Notes: a model not told the origin generated them from the letters alone. 64,000 nt of DNA from Chitinophagales bacterium (GCA_963770495.1 CAVYQA010000005.1:70479-134478), one strand, 5' to 3'; shown: positions 1-9,294, numbered from the stretch's first letter. Numbers and translations are program-made.

Positions 1-676
1 TTCCATTAGGCAGTGTATCTCTGTTCACCATATTACTGCGTATTTGGTATGAGCTTCTCATTCGCTTAATACCGCCTGTTCCATTGGCATTGGCATAACC
101 ATAGGCCCCGTAAACAGGAAATCCGTCAAAAGCATAACCTATGATTGGCGAGTGATGTGTGCTGTCTGCAGAATTATATAAACATTTTGGATTGATATGA
201 TGGTGATATTCTCCATTCACGTCAGGATGACCGAGACAGTCGTCAAAACTCTTTCCTTCAAAATAATAAGCATTTTGATGCCAAACATTTTGGTTGTCAT
301 AGGAATTGCCATCCGAAGCGCTAAAAATACTGACACCATTGCTCCATACGCCTATATGTCCAAGCCCAACAGTTACCAGGTTGGAGGTATCAGTATTTTG
401 TTGAGGATGACGTGTAATTTTATAAACAAAATTTTGGTTCTTAGGAATATTAGGATCGGTATTCCAGGGTCCAATACTATATCCCGGAATACACGTAGCG
501 CTTATGTAAACATTGCTGTCTGTGTATTGCACAATCTGTACATTAGTTAAAATACTATCATAGCCTTTTGCGCTGTCAGTATTTATAATCCATGAGGTAA
601 TAACAGGAGACAGTTGTGCAAATGTGAACTGTGTTGAAGCAATAATCAGAATCGGTAAGAAAATAGTTCTTTTCAT
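1..676 (-). CDS. Secreted YHYH-domain protein (partial; C-terminus lies off the left edge)
   Basis: Hand translation of the minus strand from ATG at 674-676: MKRTIFLPILIIASTQFTFAQ signal peptide, then CLGHPDVNGEYHHHINP and GYAFDGFPVYG, which is the YHYH-domain signature. The frame is open to position 1. Confidence 0.7.
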   Translation of the reverse strand, partial: MKRTIFLPILIIASTQFTFAQLSPVITSWIINTDSAKGYDSILTNVQIVQYTDSNVYISATCIPGYSIGPWNTDPNIPKNQNFVYKITRHPQQNTDTSNLVTVGLGHIGVWSNGVSIFSASDGNSYDNQNVWHQNAYYFEGKSFDDCLGHPDVNGEYHHHINPKCLYNSADSTHHSPIIGYAFDGFPVYGAYGYANANGTGGIKRMRSSYQIRSNMVNRDTLPNG

Positions 677-820
677 GGTTTAGATTTTAATATTTAGACC
701 ATATAGATAATAAAAGTTTACAGGATTTATAGTATAAGATTTAAATAAAATGTTATAAAATTAAATATGATGTGCTGATTGCCAGGCGTTTTCGTGTCTC
801 TGTGGTTAAAAAGAAAAGTT

Positions 821-1207
821 TTACGATTTCTTTTTTGATAATTTAACTTCAAGCCAGGCACCAAAATATCCGAATAAACCGCCTATAAATGTCATAAATA
901 GGATAGACATCACCCATGCTACAAGATTAATTTGTAGACCGGGAGCGCCTGTATTCGCTTTAAAATAAATTGAAAATTGCCAGCCGGCTGTCGCATCAAA
1001 AAAAGCCAAAGCCGCTCCGCAAATAATTGCAGTGGTCTTATTACCGGTTTTAGATATGAAGAATGGAATAATTGTATAAATAATTAACGATAAGGGTATA
1101 AAATAGGAATAAGAGAAATTAAATGTTCTCGAAGCTATCGAACCCAATATATCTACAATACTAATTGCTAAAAATCCAATTAGTAATAACGGCAGGTATT
1201 TTCTCAT
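821..1207 (-). CDS. Small integral membrane protein, unknown function
   Basis: 128-aa ORF with about 4 hydrophobic segments. It is the last gene of the minus-strand LptF/G-PAP2-GT39 string. Confidence 0.5.
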   Translation of the reverse strand: MRKYLPLLLIGFLAISIVDILGSIASRTFNFSYSYFIPLSLIIYTIIPFFISKTGNKTTAIICGAALAFFDATAGWQFSIYFKANTGAPGLQINLVAWVMSILFMTFIGGLFGYFGAWLEVKLSKKKS

Positions 1208-1244
1208 AATAATATTATTTATATAACTCCGTGAAAATAAGAAT

Positions 1245-2879
1245 TTATCTCATCAAAAAAACAAAACCATTTTCCTCCCCGATTTTTGTAAGATGGTATT
1301 GTTGTATGTAACCATCGGCATCATTGATTTTACAAACAAAATAAACCGGCTCACCCGTCTGCCCCGTAAGCAACCAGTTTTGATTGAGCGAGTTTTTGTT
1401 TAGCGGGTTTTGTTTATCGGTATAAAATAACTGGGCATAACTATTAAAGCCAAGCGCATCTATATATACATCTTTTCCTTTCAGTGATTCATAAAATATA
1501 ATAGCTGCATTTTGCGAATACAATTCAATTTTGGGTACAATTAAGTCTAAAACTGTTTGTACCATTAGGATGGTACAGATAAATAGAAAAATAAACGCTT
1601 TAAAAACGTTTTTTCTCTGAATTAAATAGAAAGCAATTAATATGGCAAGTAAATAAAAAATGCCAATTAGAGAATAAGCATAACTCCACGACACATCAGC
1701 CTGCATATTGGCTTTTGCAAAATCATCGTGCACATAAGGTATAATGGCTTTAATATTTATTCCGATAACCGGCAAGGCGATAAGCAACGCTGATAATACA
1801 ACACCCACAACAAGTAACAGTATTTTTAAAGCAACAGGCAGCGCATTTTTAGTTTGCCTGAACCGGTTTAGTGCATCAGCCGCGCAAAACGTAAGCGGAA
1901 AATAACAGAGCGATGAATAATGAACAATTTTTGTTTTCACAATAGAAAAAACAATTAGCACTACGAAAAACAAAATAATCATCCACAACTTAAAAGAGCG
2001 CTGAATAGGAGAGTCGCTGTCATTTCTTTTAAATACATAAAAGAAAAGAACAGAGGCGGGGAAACAACCTATTAATAAAACCAGCGGGTGATAATACCAC
2101 GGTCCGCCATGCCCTGCGCCGGGCGCTGAAAACAGGTATACCTGGTAATCAAAAAACTCATGAATAAACCGGTTACCATGTTTCAACGTTTCCAATCCAA
2201 ACCATATCAATGATACGCCAATTGCAGTAATAACGAATAGGGTATACTCTTTTAAATAAAAATTTGTGTTTTTTAACCGGGCAATAAAATAAATTAATAC
2301 GGTTAACCCTGATAACAACAAAGCCACGGGTCCCTTTGTAAGTACGGCAAGCCCGATAAATGCTCCGCCAAGTATAGTGTGCCGTGCCATAGAATCCTTT
2401 TCTTCCGAATCCAATGAATGAATTCTCCTGAATAAAAAATACACGCCGCAAAAAATAAACAGGTTAAATGTGGGGTCAATAATGCCCGATTTAAAATATA
2501 AATGCGGTAATATGCTTCCTGCATAAGCCAGCGCCCAAATCAATCCGAATTGCTTACTGAATAATTTTTTACCTATAAGATAAATAACCAGAAGCGATAT
2601 TATGCCGATAACAGCATTGGGAAAGCGCGCGGCAAATTCATTAATGCCGAACAATTTCATGCTGAGAACCTGCAACCAGATGAACAAAGGCGGTTTCTCC
2701 CAAAAGGGTTGAAAATTTATTTGCGGTCGCCAGTAATCATGGGTAACAATCATTTCACGGGCGGCTTCGGCAAAATTTATTTCATCCCAATCAAATAAAT
2801 GCACCCTGCCCAAAAACGGAATAAATAGCAGGGCGCCGCCGATTACTATAAGCAATATATTCCTATCCGGCTTTTTCAT
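1245..2879 (-). CDS. Glycosyltransferase family 39 (ArnT/PMT-like polyprenyl-phosphate-sugar-dependent transferase)
   Basis: 544 aa and polytopic. The N-terminal loop HLFDWDEINFAEAAREM resembles the DE...A.EM motif of ArnT/PMT enzymes. The C-terminal soluble domain fits the family. Confidence 0.8.
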   Translation of the reverse strand: MKKPDRNILLIVIGGALLFIPFLGRVHLFDWDEINFAEAAREMIVTHDYWRPQINFQPFWEKPPLFIWLQVLSMKLFGINEFAARFPNAVIGIISLLVIYLIGKKLFSKQFGLIWALAYAGSILPHLYFKSGIIDPTFNLFIFCGVYFLFRRIHSLDSEEKDSMARHTILGGAFIGLAVLTKGPVALLLSGLTVLIYFIARLKNTNFYLKEYTLFVITAIGVSLIWFGLETLKHGNRFIHEFFDYQVYLFSAPGAGHGGPWYYHPLVLLIGCFPASVLFFYVFKRNDSDSPIQRSFKLWMIILFFVVLIVFSIVKTKIVHYSSLCYFPLTFCAADALNRFRQTKNALPVALKILLLVVGVVLSALLIALPVIGINIKAIIPYVHDDFAKANMQADVSWSYAYSLIGIFYLLAILIAFYLIQRKNVFKAFIFLFICTILMVQTVLDLIVPKIELYSQNAAIIFYESLKGKDVYIDALGFNSYAQLFYTDKQNPLNKNSLNQNWLLTGQTGEPVYFVCKINDADGYIQQYHLTKIGEENGFVFLMR

Positions 2880-3543
2880 TTTTCTTTTTCCTCACAGTCA
2901 AAAGATTTTTATCCATCCACGGTTTGGATTGAAGGGCATTATTTTTTTCGATAAAATAAAAAATGACTATGGATGATAATATGCCCACCATAGAACCCAT
3001 ATAAACATCAATAAAGAAATGCTGGAGCAAATAAACCCGCGAGAACGCCGTAGTGATAGCGATGAAACAAAGTAAAGGTCCCTGGTGTTTATTGCGCCCC
3101 ATAAAAGCGATCATGCTAAAACAGGCAAATACGGATGCGCTGTGACCGCTCACAAAACTATTTTGATAGTTTATATTAACACCTGCTACAAGATGTAATA
3201 TATATTGATTATTAAAAAATGCAACAGGTCTTTCTTCGTGCGGGAATAATACATGCTTAAATAACTGCGTAAGTACTCCTGATAAAATAAAAGAACTACC
3301 CGTCAACAAAACATACCTGAATTTTATAAATGCGCAAATAATTATTACCAGCACAAAAAACCACCCGTTACCAAGCTCGGTAACATATTTGAAAAACGTG
3401 TCGGTAAATATACTTGCATAGTTTTGATTTACCAGTAATTCAAAATCTCCTTTCTTAAAATGGATTAAAATATATGCTCCAACGGCAAGAAATAATAAAT
3501 AGACTATAAAGAAATAATTATTTTTTTTAAGCAATCCTGTCAT
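2863..3543 (-). CDS. PAP2-family membrane phosphatase
   Basis: All three PAP2 motifs are present: KHVLFPHEERP (KxxxxxxRP), SGHS (PSGH) and SRVYLLQHFFID (SRxxxxxHxxxD). It overlaps the GT39 start by 17 nt. Confidence 0.8.
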   Translation of the reverse strand: MTGLLKKNNYFFIVYLLFLAVGAYILIHFKKGDFELLVNQNYASIFTDTFFKYVTELGNGWFFVLVIIICAFIKFRYVLLTGSSFILSGVLTQLFKHVLFPHEERPVAFFNNQYILHLVAGVNINYQNSFVSGHSASVFACFSMIAFMGRNKHQGPLLCFIAITTAFSRVYLLQHFFIDVYMGSMVGILSSIVIFYFIEKNNALQSKPWMDKNLLTVRKKKNEKAG

Positions 3544-3544
3544 T

Positions 3545-4987
3545 TTATTGTGGTGTGGTTAAACGCAATTTAACGGCAATTCGTTTGAAGAAATTACCAT
3601 ACATTTCAATATTAAATAATTGAGAATCGTGCGTGGCTTTATACACAAGAAAAAATCCGAATGGAAGCAAAATGAAATTGGCAAGCCACATGCCGAAGAA
3701 GGGCGATACCGTGCCGTCCTTAGCCAGCTTTTCGCCGATGAGCGATATAACATATAGAATAACGAATAGAACCACGGCAATAACCACAGGCAAGCCTATA
3801 CCCCCTTTGCGAATAATGGCGCCTAACGGCGCGCCGACAAGAAACAGAATGAAACACACCACTGACATAGTGAACTTGCGCCACCATTCAATTTTATAGC
3901 GTATTATCGTATCCTTGGTATTCATAACATCGCTGTTCATAATAAAAGTAAATCCTTTTACACTTCTTAACCCGTCTAATGCCCCTTGCATCACTTCCAA
4001 TTTTTCATTCGGGGGAATAGTTGAAAGAAAGGATGAATCGCTATTTAAGGTATCCGGGGGCGCTGTCAGCAAAGCAGCCCTTACATCGGGGCGCATAAAA
4101 TTATAGAAGGGTGTTAAGTAATTTTTTAAGGTAGCGTATTTCTGTTTTAATCCCACGTTAAAGGTATCAATCGCTCTGTCCAATTGATCTAAATTGAGCA
4201 TTTGATAATTATCCTTAAACAAATCTTCTTTGGTGCGGCTCAGATTAAATTGAGACAGGTCAAACACTTTCTGCCACGTTTTAAAAGAAGTGCGATTTTG
4301 CTCAAGTTCATTCTGCTTACCATCTGAGGGTGTCATTTCCTCGAATTGCTCGCCATCATATAAGGTGAAAATAAGGTATCGTTTATCCTTCGTCATCACC
4401 ATTTCACCTTTGCGGGCATATAGCACATCATCATCTCCGCGTCCGCTGGTTTGGTCATAGATAAGAACATCATAAATGGTTTTATTATCGGCTGCCTTTC
4501 GTCCTACCCGTATGGAGTAGCCTTCTATACCATTATAAAATACACCCGGTCTAATGTTCAGAGCGGGCTTTTGCTGCTCAATATCATAGAGCAGTGAACC
4601 TTCCTTAAGATTAGCTACCGGCAATATGTAATTCGAGAAAAGTAAAGCCCCAATGGAAATTAAAATAGCTGTGATTGTTAACGGCATCATAATGCGCACC
4701 AATGAAACGCCGGCTGTTTTAAGCGCAGTAAGCTCATAATTCTCTCCAAGTGAACCCATCGTCATTAGCATAGAAAGAAGCGTGGTGATTATTAACGCTA
4801 ACGGGACTAAATTTGCGGAAGAATAAAAAAGCAGCCGGGCGATAATAGTCCATTCAAGCCCTTTTCCAACTAAGTCGTCAATATACTTCCATAAAAACTG
4901 CATCAGTAAAATGAAAAGGGATATGAAAAATATGGCAAAGAACGGACCTATGAACGTAACTAAAACCAGTTTATCGGATTTTTTCAA
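3545..4987 (-). CDS. LptF/LptG-family (YjgP/YjgQ) LPS export permease
   Basis: 480 aa. It has 3 N-terminal TM segments, a large periplasmic beta-jellyroll-sized insert and 3 C-terminal TM segments, which is the typical family layout. Confidence 0.75.
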   Translation of the reverse strand: MKKSDKLVLVTFIGPFFAIFFISLFILLMQFLWKYIDDLVGKGLEWTIIARLLFYSSANLVPLALIITTLLSMLMTMGSLGENYELTALKTAGVSLVRIMMPLTITAILISIGALLFSNYILPVANLKEGSLLYDIEQQKPALNIRPGVFYNGIEGYSIRVGRKAADNKTIYDVLIYDQTSGRGDDDVLYARKGEMVMTKDKRYLIFTLYDGEQFEEMTPSDGKQNELEQNRTSFKTWQKVFDLSQFNLSRTKEDLFKDNYQMLNLDQLDRAIDTFNVGLKQKYATLKNYLTPFYNFMRPDVRAALLTAPPDTLNSDSSFLSTIPPNEKLEVMQGALDGLRSVKGFTFIMNSDVMNTKDTIIRYKIEWWRKFTMSVVCFILFLVGAPLGAIIRKGGIGLPVVIAVVLFVILYVISLIGEKLAKDGTVSPFFGMWLANFILLPFGFFLVYKATHDSQLFNIEMYGNFFKRIAVKLRLTTPQ

Positions 4988-5000
4988 CTATATTTCGATT

Positions 5001-5597
5001 ATGAATACAGCAAAGATAGATTTTTCGGGGCAAGAACTTCACTTGATGAAGGATACCGGTTTCCTGCTTTCTAAACGTCAAATCACAGAGAAAATGTATA
5101 CTGTTTTTGCAGATTTAGTGCAACTCTATTCTTCACAACCCGTTCATACCCGTTTTAAATTCCCCAAAAATTGCGACCACACCACCGGCAAAATTTCCAA
5201 AGGCGAAAATTATTTGGGACTGCCTTATATCACACTGGATTTTCCGCGGCTCTTTGAAAGTGAAACTATTTTTGCTTTCCGCACCATGTTCTGGTGGGGA
5301 AATTTTTTCAGTTTCACCTTGCTGTTACAGGGCAAAAGTTTTGACCGCTATAAAACCGCTATCACAAAAAACATAAATACCCTGCGCCGGCAATCGGTAT
5401 ATATCTGCATTAACGAATCCCAATGGCATCATCATTTCGAAGATGATAATTATATATTGCTTGATAAGATGAAACAACTGAATATAGCCTCTCTTCCTTT
5501 CTTCAAAATAAGCCGCAAATTAGAGTTAAAAAATATAAATGAATTAGAAAAGTTTGGGAGAGAAACTTACGACTTGTTTTTAGGTATTTTAAATTGA
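5001..5597 (+). CDS. Conserved hypothetical protein
   Basis: The ORF is 4911-5597. The start at ATG 5001 is preferred because earlier starts overlap the lptF/G-like N-terminus. I recognise no motif. Confidence 0.5.
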   Translation: MNTAKIDFSGQELHLMKDTGFLLSKRQITEKMYTVFADLVQLYSSQPVHTRFKFPKNCDHTTGKISKGENYLGLPYITLDFPRLFESETIFAFRTMFWWGNFFSFTLLLQGKSFDRYKTAITKNINTLRRQSVYICINESQWHHHFEDDNYILLDKMKQLNIASLPFFKISRKLELKNINELEKFGRETYDLFLGILN

Positions 5598-5611
5598 AAA
5601 GGCAGTATCTT

Positions 5612-5680
5612 TTGAATTTTGAATACTGAATATCCAATATCGAATTTTGAAGTCACCTATTTCGAAATTCAGTATTCTTT
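5612..5680. repeat. AT-rich hairpin repeat (family A) between convergent genes; possible bidirectional terminator
   Basis: Perfect 11-bp inverted repeat GAATACTGAAT (5621-5631) / ATTCAGTATTC (5667-5677). Sequence blocks are shared with 35836-35912, 38976-39068 and 45138-45163. Confidence 0.6.
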
Positions 5681-5714
5681 ATTCTGCGGTTCGTAATTCA
5701 ATTAATGAAAAATT

Positions 5715-6104
5715 CTATATGCCCAAACCGCCTATATGTTCTACCAATGTCCTCACTTGGCTATTCCAAAGCTGGGTTTGGTCTTTCAGGTCTTTAGGAT
5801 TAGCAAAATCGGTGACAATCAATACCGTGTCATTTGAAATTTCCGACACCTGTATTTTAAATTGAAAAAATTCCTCCTTGGGCGCACCCTGCCAGCGAAA
5901 GCGAATCCGCTCGTTTTCTGTTTTATCCACTATTTCTGCGATTTGGGCTATGTTGCCCCAGATAAATTTAAATTTGTTCTGAACGGCATTTACATCATCG
6001 GCAAACCACTGCGATAAACCGGAGGGCGTACTTATAAATTCATATAATATATGAGGCGTTGAACGAATAATAAATTCTAGGTCAAACTGTTTCTTTTTAG
6101 TCAT
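5715..6104 (-). CDS. START-like / SRPBCC-fold domain protein
   Basis: 129 aa. The N-terminus FDLEFIIRSTPHILYEFISTPSGLSQWFADDV resembles AHSA1/START-like small Bacteroidota proteins. Confidence 0.6.
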   Translation of the reverse strand: MTKKKQFDLEFIIRSTPHILYEFISTPSGLSQWFADDVNAVQNKFKFIWGNIAQIAEIVDKTENERIRFRWQGAPKEEFFQFKIQVSEISNDTVLIVTDFANPKDLKDQTQLWNSQVRTLVEHIGGLGI

Positions 6105-6170
6105 CCTGATATGCCCTTGGTTTAATATCGGGGCAATTATAATTATTAATTTCTGGTTTTAGCAATTTTT

Positions 6171-6201
6171 TTTGAAATGAACCTATTATGACGTAAATTT
6201 G
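6171..6201 (+). promoter_or_regulatory. Putative Bacteroidota sigma-A promoter of rpoD
   Basis: TTTG at 6171-6174, a 19-nt spacer, then TAAATTTG (TAnnTTTG -7 box) at 6194-6201. This lies about 50 nt upstream of the ATG at 6251. Confidence 0.35.
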
Positions 6202-6250
6202 TATCCCCTAAGTTGAAAGCGTATTACTACTAACTAACCAAAAATTTTAA

Positions 6251-7120
6251 ATGAGGCAGCTAAAAATCACAAAATCCATTACCAATCGCGAAAGTCAGTC
6301 GCTTGAGAAATATTTGCAGGAAATTGGTAAGGTGGACTTGCTTACGCCGGAAGAAGAGGTGGAGCTTGCCAAACGTATAAAACAGGGCGACCAGATTGCG
6401 TTGGAAAAGCTTACTAAAGCCAATCTGCGTTTTGTGGTCTCCGTAGCCAAGCAATATCAAAGCCAGGGGCTGTCGCTAAGCGATTTAATCAATGAAGGCA
6501 ACCTGGGGCTTATTAAAGCCGCTCAGCGTTTCGATGAAACCCGTGGCTTTAAGTTTATTTCTTATGCCGTGTGGTGGATTCGCCAGTCTATTTTACAGGC
6601 ATTAGCCGAACAAAGCCGTATTGTGCGCTTGCCGCTTAATAAAGTGGGTTCATTGAATAAAATAAATAAAGCATTTTCCGCTCTTGAGCAGGAATTTGAG
6701 CGCGAACCGTCACCCGATGAATTGGCTGAGTCACTCGAAATTTCAGCCGATGAGGTGAAAACCACGCTCGGCATAGCAGCGCGACACGTATCAATGGATG
6801 CGCCCTTTATTGACGGCGAAGACAATTCGCTTCTTGAAGTACTTGAAAATCCCAACTCACCCAAAACCGACGAGGGATTGGTATATAACGATTCACTTCG
6901 CCGCGAGATTGAACGCTCTTTATCCACTCTTACAGACAGGCAGAAAGATGTTATAAAGCTATACTTCGGTATAGGCATAGAGCACCCTATGTCGCTGGAA
7001 GATATCGGTGCAAAGTTTGCGCTCACCCGCGAGCGTGTGCGCCAGATAAAAGACAAAGCCATTAATAAGCTTCGTTCCACATCGCGCAGTAAATTGCTTA
7101 AATCGTATTTAGGCAATTAA
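6251..7120 (+). CDS. rpoD: RNA polymerase primary sigma factor (short Bacteroidota type)
   Basis: 289 aa. Region 2 is [13 protein letters not shown] and region 4 is [32 protein letters not shown] is a typical Bacteroidota RpoD N-terminus. Confidence 0.93.
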   Translation: MRQLKITKSITNRESQSLEKYLQEIGKVDLLTPEEEVELAKRIKQGDQIALEKLTKANLRFVVSVAKQYQSQGLSLSDLINEGNLGLIKAAQRFDETRGFKFISYAVWWIRQSILQALAEQSRIVRLPLNKVGSLNKINKAFSALEQEFEREPSPDELAESLEISADEVKTTLGIAARHVSMDAPFIDGEDNSLLEVLENPNSPKTDEGLVYNDSLRREIERSLSTLTDRQKDVIKLYFGIGIEHPMSLEDIGAKFALTRERVRQIKDKAINKLRSTSRSKLLKSYLGN

Positions 7121-7132
7121 AAATCATACACG

Positions 7133-8461
7133 ATGTTTGAAAGTTTAAGTGACCGTCTTGAGGGCGCCTTCAAATCGCTGAAAGGGCAAAGCAGGATCAC
7201 TGAACTCAATATTGCCACCACGGTAAAGGAAATACGCCGCGCCCTGGTGGATGCCGATGTCAATTACAAAATAGCCAAAGAACTTACCGATAAAATACGC
7301 GATGAAGCCATCGGGCAAAAGGTGCTTACTTCCGTATCACCCAGCCAGCAAATGACTAAAATTGTTAGCGACCAGCTAACGCAACTAATGGGCAGCGAGA
7401 AGGCGGACATTAATCTCAAAGGCAGCCCCTGTGTTATTTTATTGAGCGGCTTGCAGGGCTCCGGTAAAACAACGTTCACAGCCAAGCTGGCTAATTATCT
7501 TAAAACAAAGATGAACAGGAGTGTGATGATGGCGGCTTGCGACGTATATCGCCCGGCGGCTATGGAGCAATTAAAAATTTTGGGCAGCCAGGTGGATGTG
7601 CCGGTGTATGAAGAACCCGAAAATAAAAATCCCGTTGTTATTGCACAGCACGCTTTGGAAGAAGCGCGGCTAAAGCAGTTCAGCACTTTAATTGTTGATA
7701 CCGCCGGTCGCCTTGCAGTAGATGAGGATATGATGAATGAGATTGCCGCAATGAAAAAGGCATTACAGCCTTCGGAAATTTTATTTATTGTCGATTCTAT
7801 GACAGGTCAGGATGCCGTTAACACTGCCGCCGCCTTTAATGAGCGCCTGAATTTCGATGGCGTAGTGCTCACTAAATTAGATGGCGACACAAGAGGCGGC
7901 GCTGCCTTATCCATTAAATACACTGTTCACAAACCTATAAAATTTGTAAGCACCGGCGAAAAACTCGACCAGATTGATGTGTTCTACCCCGACCGCATGG
8001 CGCAGCGCATATTGGGTATGGGCGATATTGTGTCGCTGGTTGAGAAAGCGCAGGAGCAATACGATGCCAAACAGGCGGAGCAATTGGAACGGAAAATCCG
8101 CAAAAACCAATTTGATTTTAATGATTTTCTCTCGCAGCTCTCGCAAATAAAAAAGATGGGTAATGTTAAAGACCTGTTGGGAATGATACCTGGCGTTGGC
8201 AAAGCGGTTAAAGATGTAGATATTAATAACGACTCCTTCAAAAAAGTTGAAGCCCTCATTTTATCCATGACGCCTAAAGAGCGCGCCAATCCTGAATTGC
8301 TTAACGGCACCCGCAAAAAGCGCATTGCCGAAGGTAGCGGTAACTCCATACAGGAAGTAAATAAATTTCTCAAGCAGTTTGAAGACATGCGCAAAATGAT
8401 GAAAACCGCCTCTAAAATGAACACTGCCGGAAGAGCTATGAAGAATCCGTTTGGAAGATAA
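7133..8461 (+). CDS. ffh: Signal recognition particle protein
   Basis: 442 aa. It has the GLQGSGKTT P-loop, DTAGR, TKLDGDTRGG, and a Met-rich C-terminal M domain. Confidence 0.95.
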   Translation: MFESLSDRLEGAFKSLKGQSRITELNIATTVKEIRRALVDADVNYKIAKELTDKIRDEAIGQKVLTSVSPSQQMTKIVSDQLTQLMGSEKADINLKGSPCVILLSGLQGSGKTTFTAKLANYLKTKMNRSVMMAACDVYRPAAMEQLKILGSQVDVPVYEEPENKNPVVIAQHALEEARLKQFSTLIVDTAGRLAVDEDMMNEIAAMKKALQPSEILFIVDSMTGQDAVNTAAAFNERLNFDGVVLTKLDGDTRGGAALSIKYTVHKPIKFVSTGEKLDQIDVFYPDRMAQRILGMGDIVSLVEKAQEQYDAKQAEQLERKIRKNQFDFNDFLSQLSQIKKMGNVKDLLGMIPGVGKAVKDVDINNDSFKKVEALILSMTPKERANPELLNGTRKKRIAEGSGNSIQEVNKFLKQFEDMRKMMKTASKMNTAGRAMKNPFGR

Positions 8462-8480
8462 CAATTAGTACGATACATTA

Positions 8481-8507
8481 TTCCCCTCCTCATTCGAGGA
8501 GGGGGAA
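8481..8507 (+). terminator. Stem-loop after ffh; a copy of the G-rich hairpin repeat (family B)
   Basis: TTCCCCTCCTC-ATTC-GAGGAGGGGGAA gives an 11-bp stem 20 nt after the ffh stop. There is no U tail. GGGGTGG follows at 8525-8531. Confidence 0.5.
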
Positions 8508-8539
8508 AAGCCATTAGTAGAGTCGGGGTGGTTTTTCTC

Positions 8540-8581
8540 TACCTGTTTTCTGGTATATTGTAAAATACCTGTTTTTAGGTA
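8540..8581. promoter_or_regulatory. Twin TACC-N8-GGTA palindromes (candidate operator pair)
   Basis: TACCTGTTTTCTGGTA (8540-8555) and TACCTGTTTTTAGGTA (8566-8581) are 14/16 identical and 26 bp apart. They lie upstream of the ORF at 8640. Confidence 0.3.
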
Positions 8582-8639
8582 TAGGAAATAGGTAATATTT
8601 AGTTCATTTTTGTAACTAAATAATAATAAAAATAATTAC

Positions 8640-9287
8640 GTGGGTAAAAATGAACTATTAGATAAGCTATTTGATGAATGGGAAAATAAAATTCCCGAAT
8701 ACAAGGATAGATTTGTAAGGGATGGAATTAATGATGAATTAGAATATGATAAAGCATCAGTAAAAATTTTATTTATTACAAAAGAAGCCAATAATCCCGA
8801 ACAACTGCCTGATGATACCAGGAACTGGTGGAAAGATGGGGTAAGTGGAAGTTTTGGAAGGCGTCTAGCGCAATGGTCTTTTGGGATATTAAATAATTTC
8901 CCTGAATTTGACTCTATTGGCAATAGATTAAAAAAATCAATTAATCAAACTGCCTTTATGAATATTAAGAAGTCGGGGGGTAAAGGAAATGCTGATCACG
9001 AAAAAATAATTGCACATTTAAAGTTTAACATCGATTTTTTATATCGTCAAATAAAAATCATTAATCCTGATTTAATAATTACAGGTCTTTCAGGTAATTA
9101 TCTTAGAGATGCACTCTTCCCAACTATGAAAGAAACATGGCGAAAAAGTGGATATGATATTGAAATTGGAAAATTTAACAATGCCAAGGTAATTGATTTC
9201 TATCATCCATCAGTATATGGTAATTCAGCAGGGTTATATTGTTTATTGAAAAATATTATTCAATCAAGTAAATTTATGACCTTATAA
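8640..9287 (+). CDS. Hypothetical protein in an AT-rich island; faint UDG-superfamily-like motif order
   Basis: 215-aa ORF that opens only from GTG, with no in-frame ATG before aa 107. It is visibly lower in GC than its flanks. Motif order is KILFITKEAN, FMNIKKSGG, INPDLIITG, FYHPS. Confidence 0.5.
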   Translation: MGKNELLDKLFDEWENKIPEYKDRFVRDGINDELEYDKASVKILFITKEANNPEQLPDDTRNWWKDGVSGSFGRRLAQWSFGILNNFPEFDSIGNRLKKSINQTAFMNIKKSGGKGNADHEKIIAHLKFNIDFLYRQIKIINPDLIITGLSGNYLRDALFPTMKETWRKSGYDIEIGKFNNAKVIDFYHPSVYGNSAGLYCLLKNIIQSSKFMTL

Positions 9288-9294
9288 AGCCTCT

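Noticed and set aside
4911-5000. The longer version of the 5001-5597 ORF, and likewise the long TTG/GTG-extended versions of the trehalase (18434), otsA (19635), thioesterase (34633), 42430 and aroB (47149) ORFs.
   Set aside because: The extensions overlap neighbouring genes or add non-conserved-looking leader peptides. In each case an internal ATG gives an N-terminus typical of the family.
6562-7116. 184-aa ORF antisense to rpoD. Similar long antisense ORFs lie at 7984-8514 (ffh), 22732-23223 (SWIB/ispH region), 37930-38652 (pyrB), 43162-43812 (rluD) and 43977-44402.
   Set aside because: Each lies fully inside a confidently identified gene on the other strand. Their compositions are low-complexity or Ser/Cys/Arg-rich, as expected for shadow frames, and I recognise no motifs.
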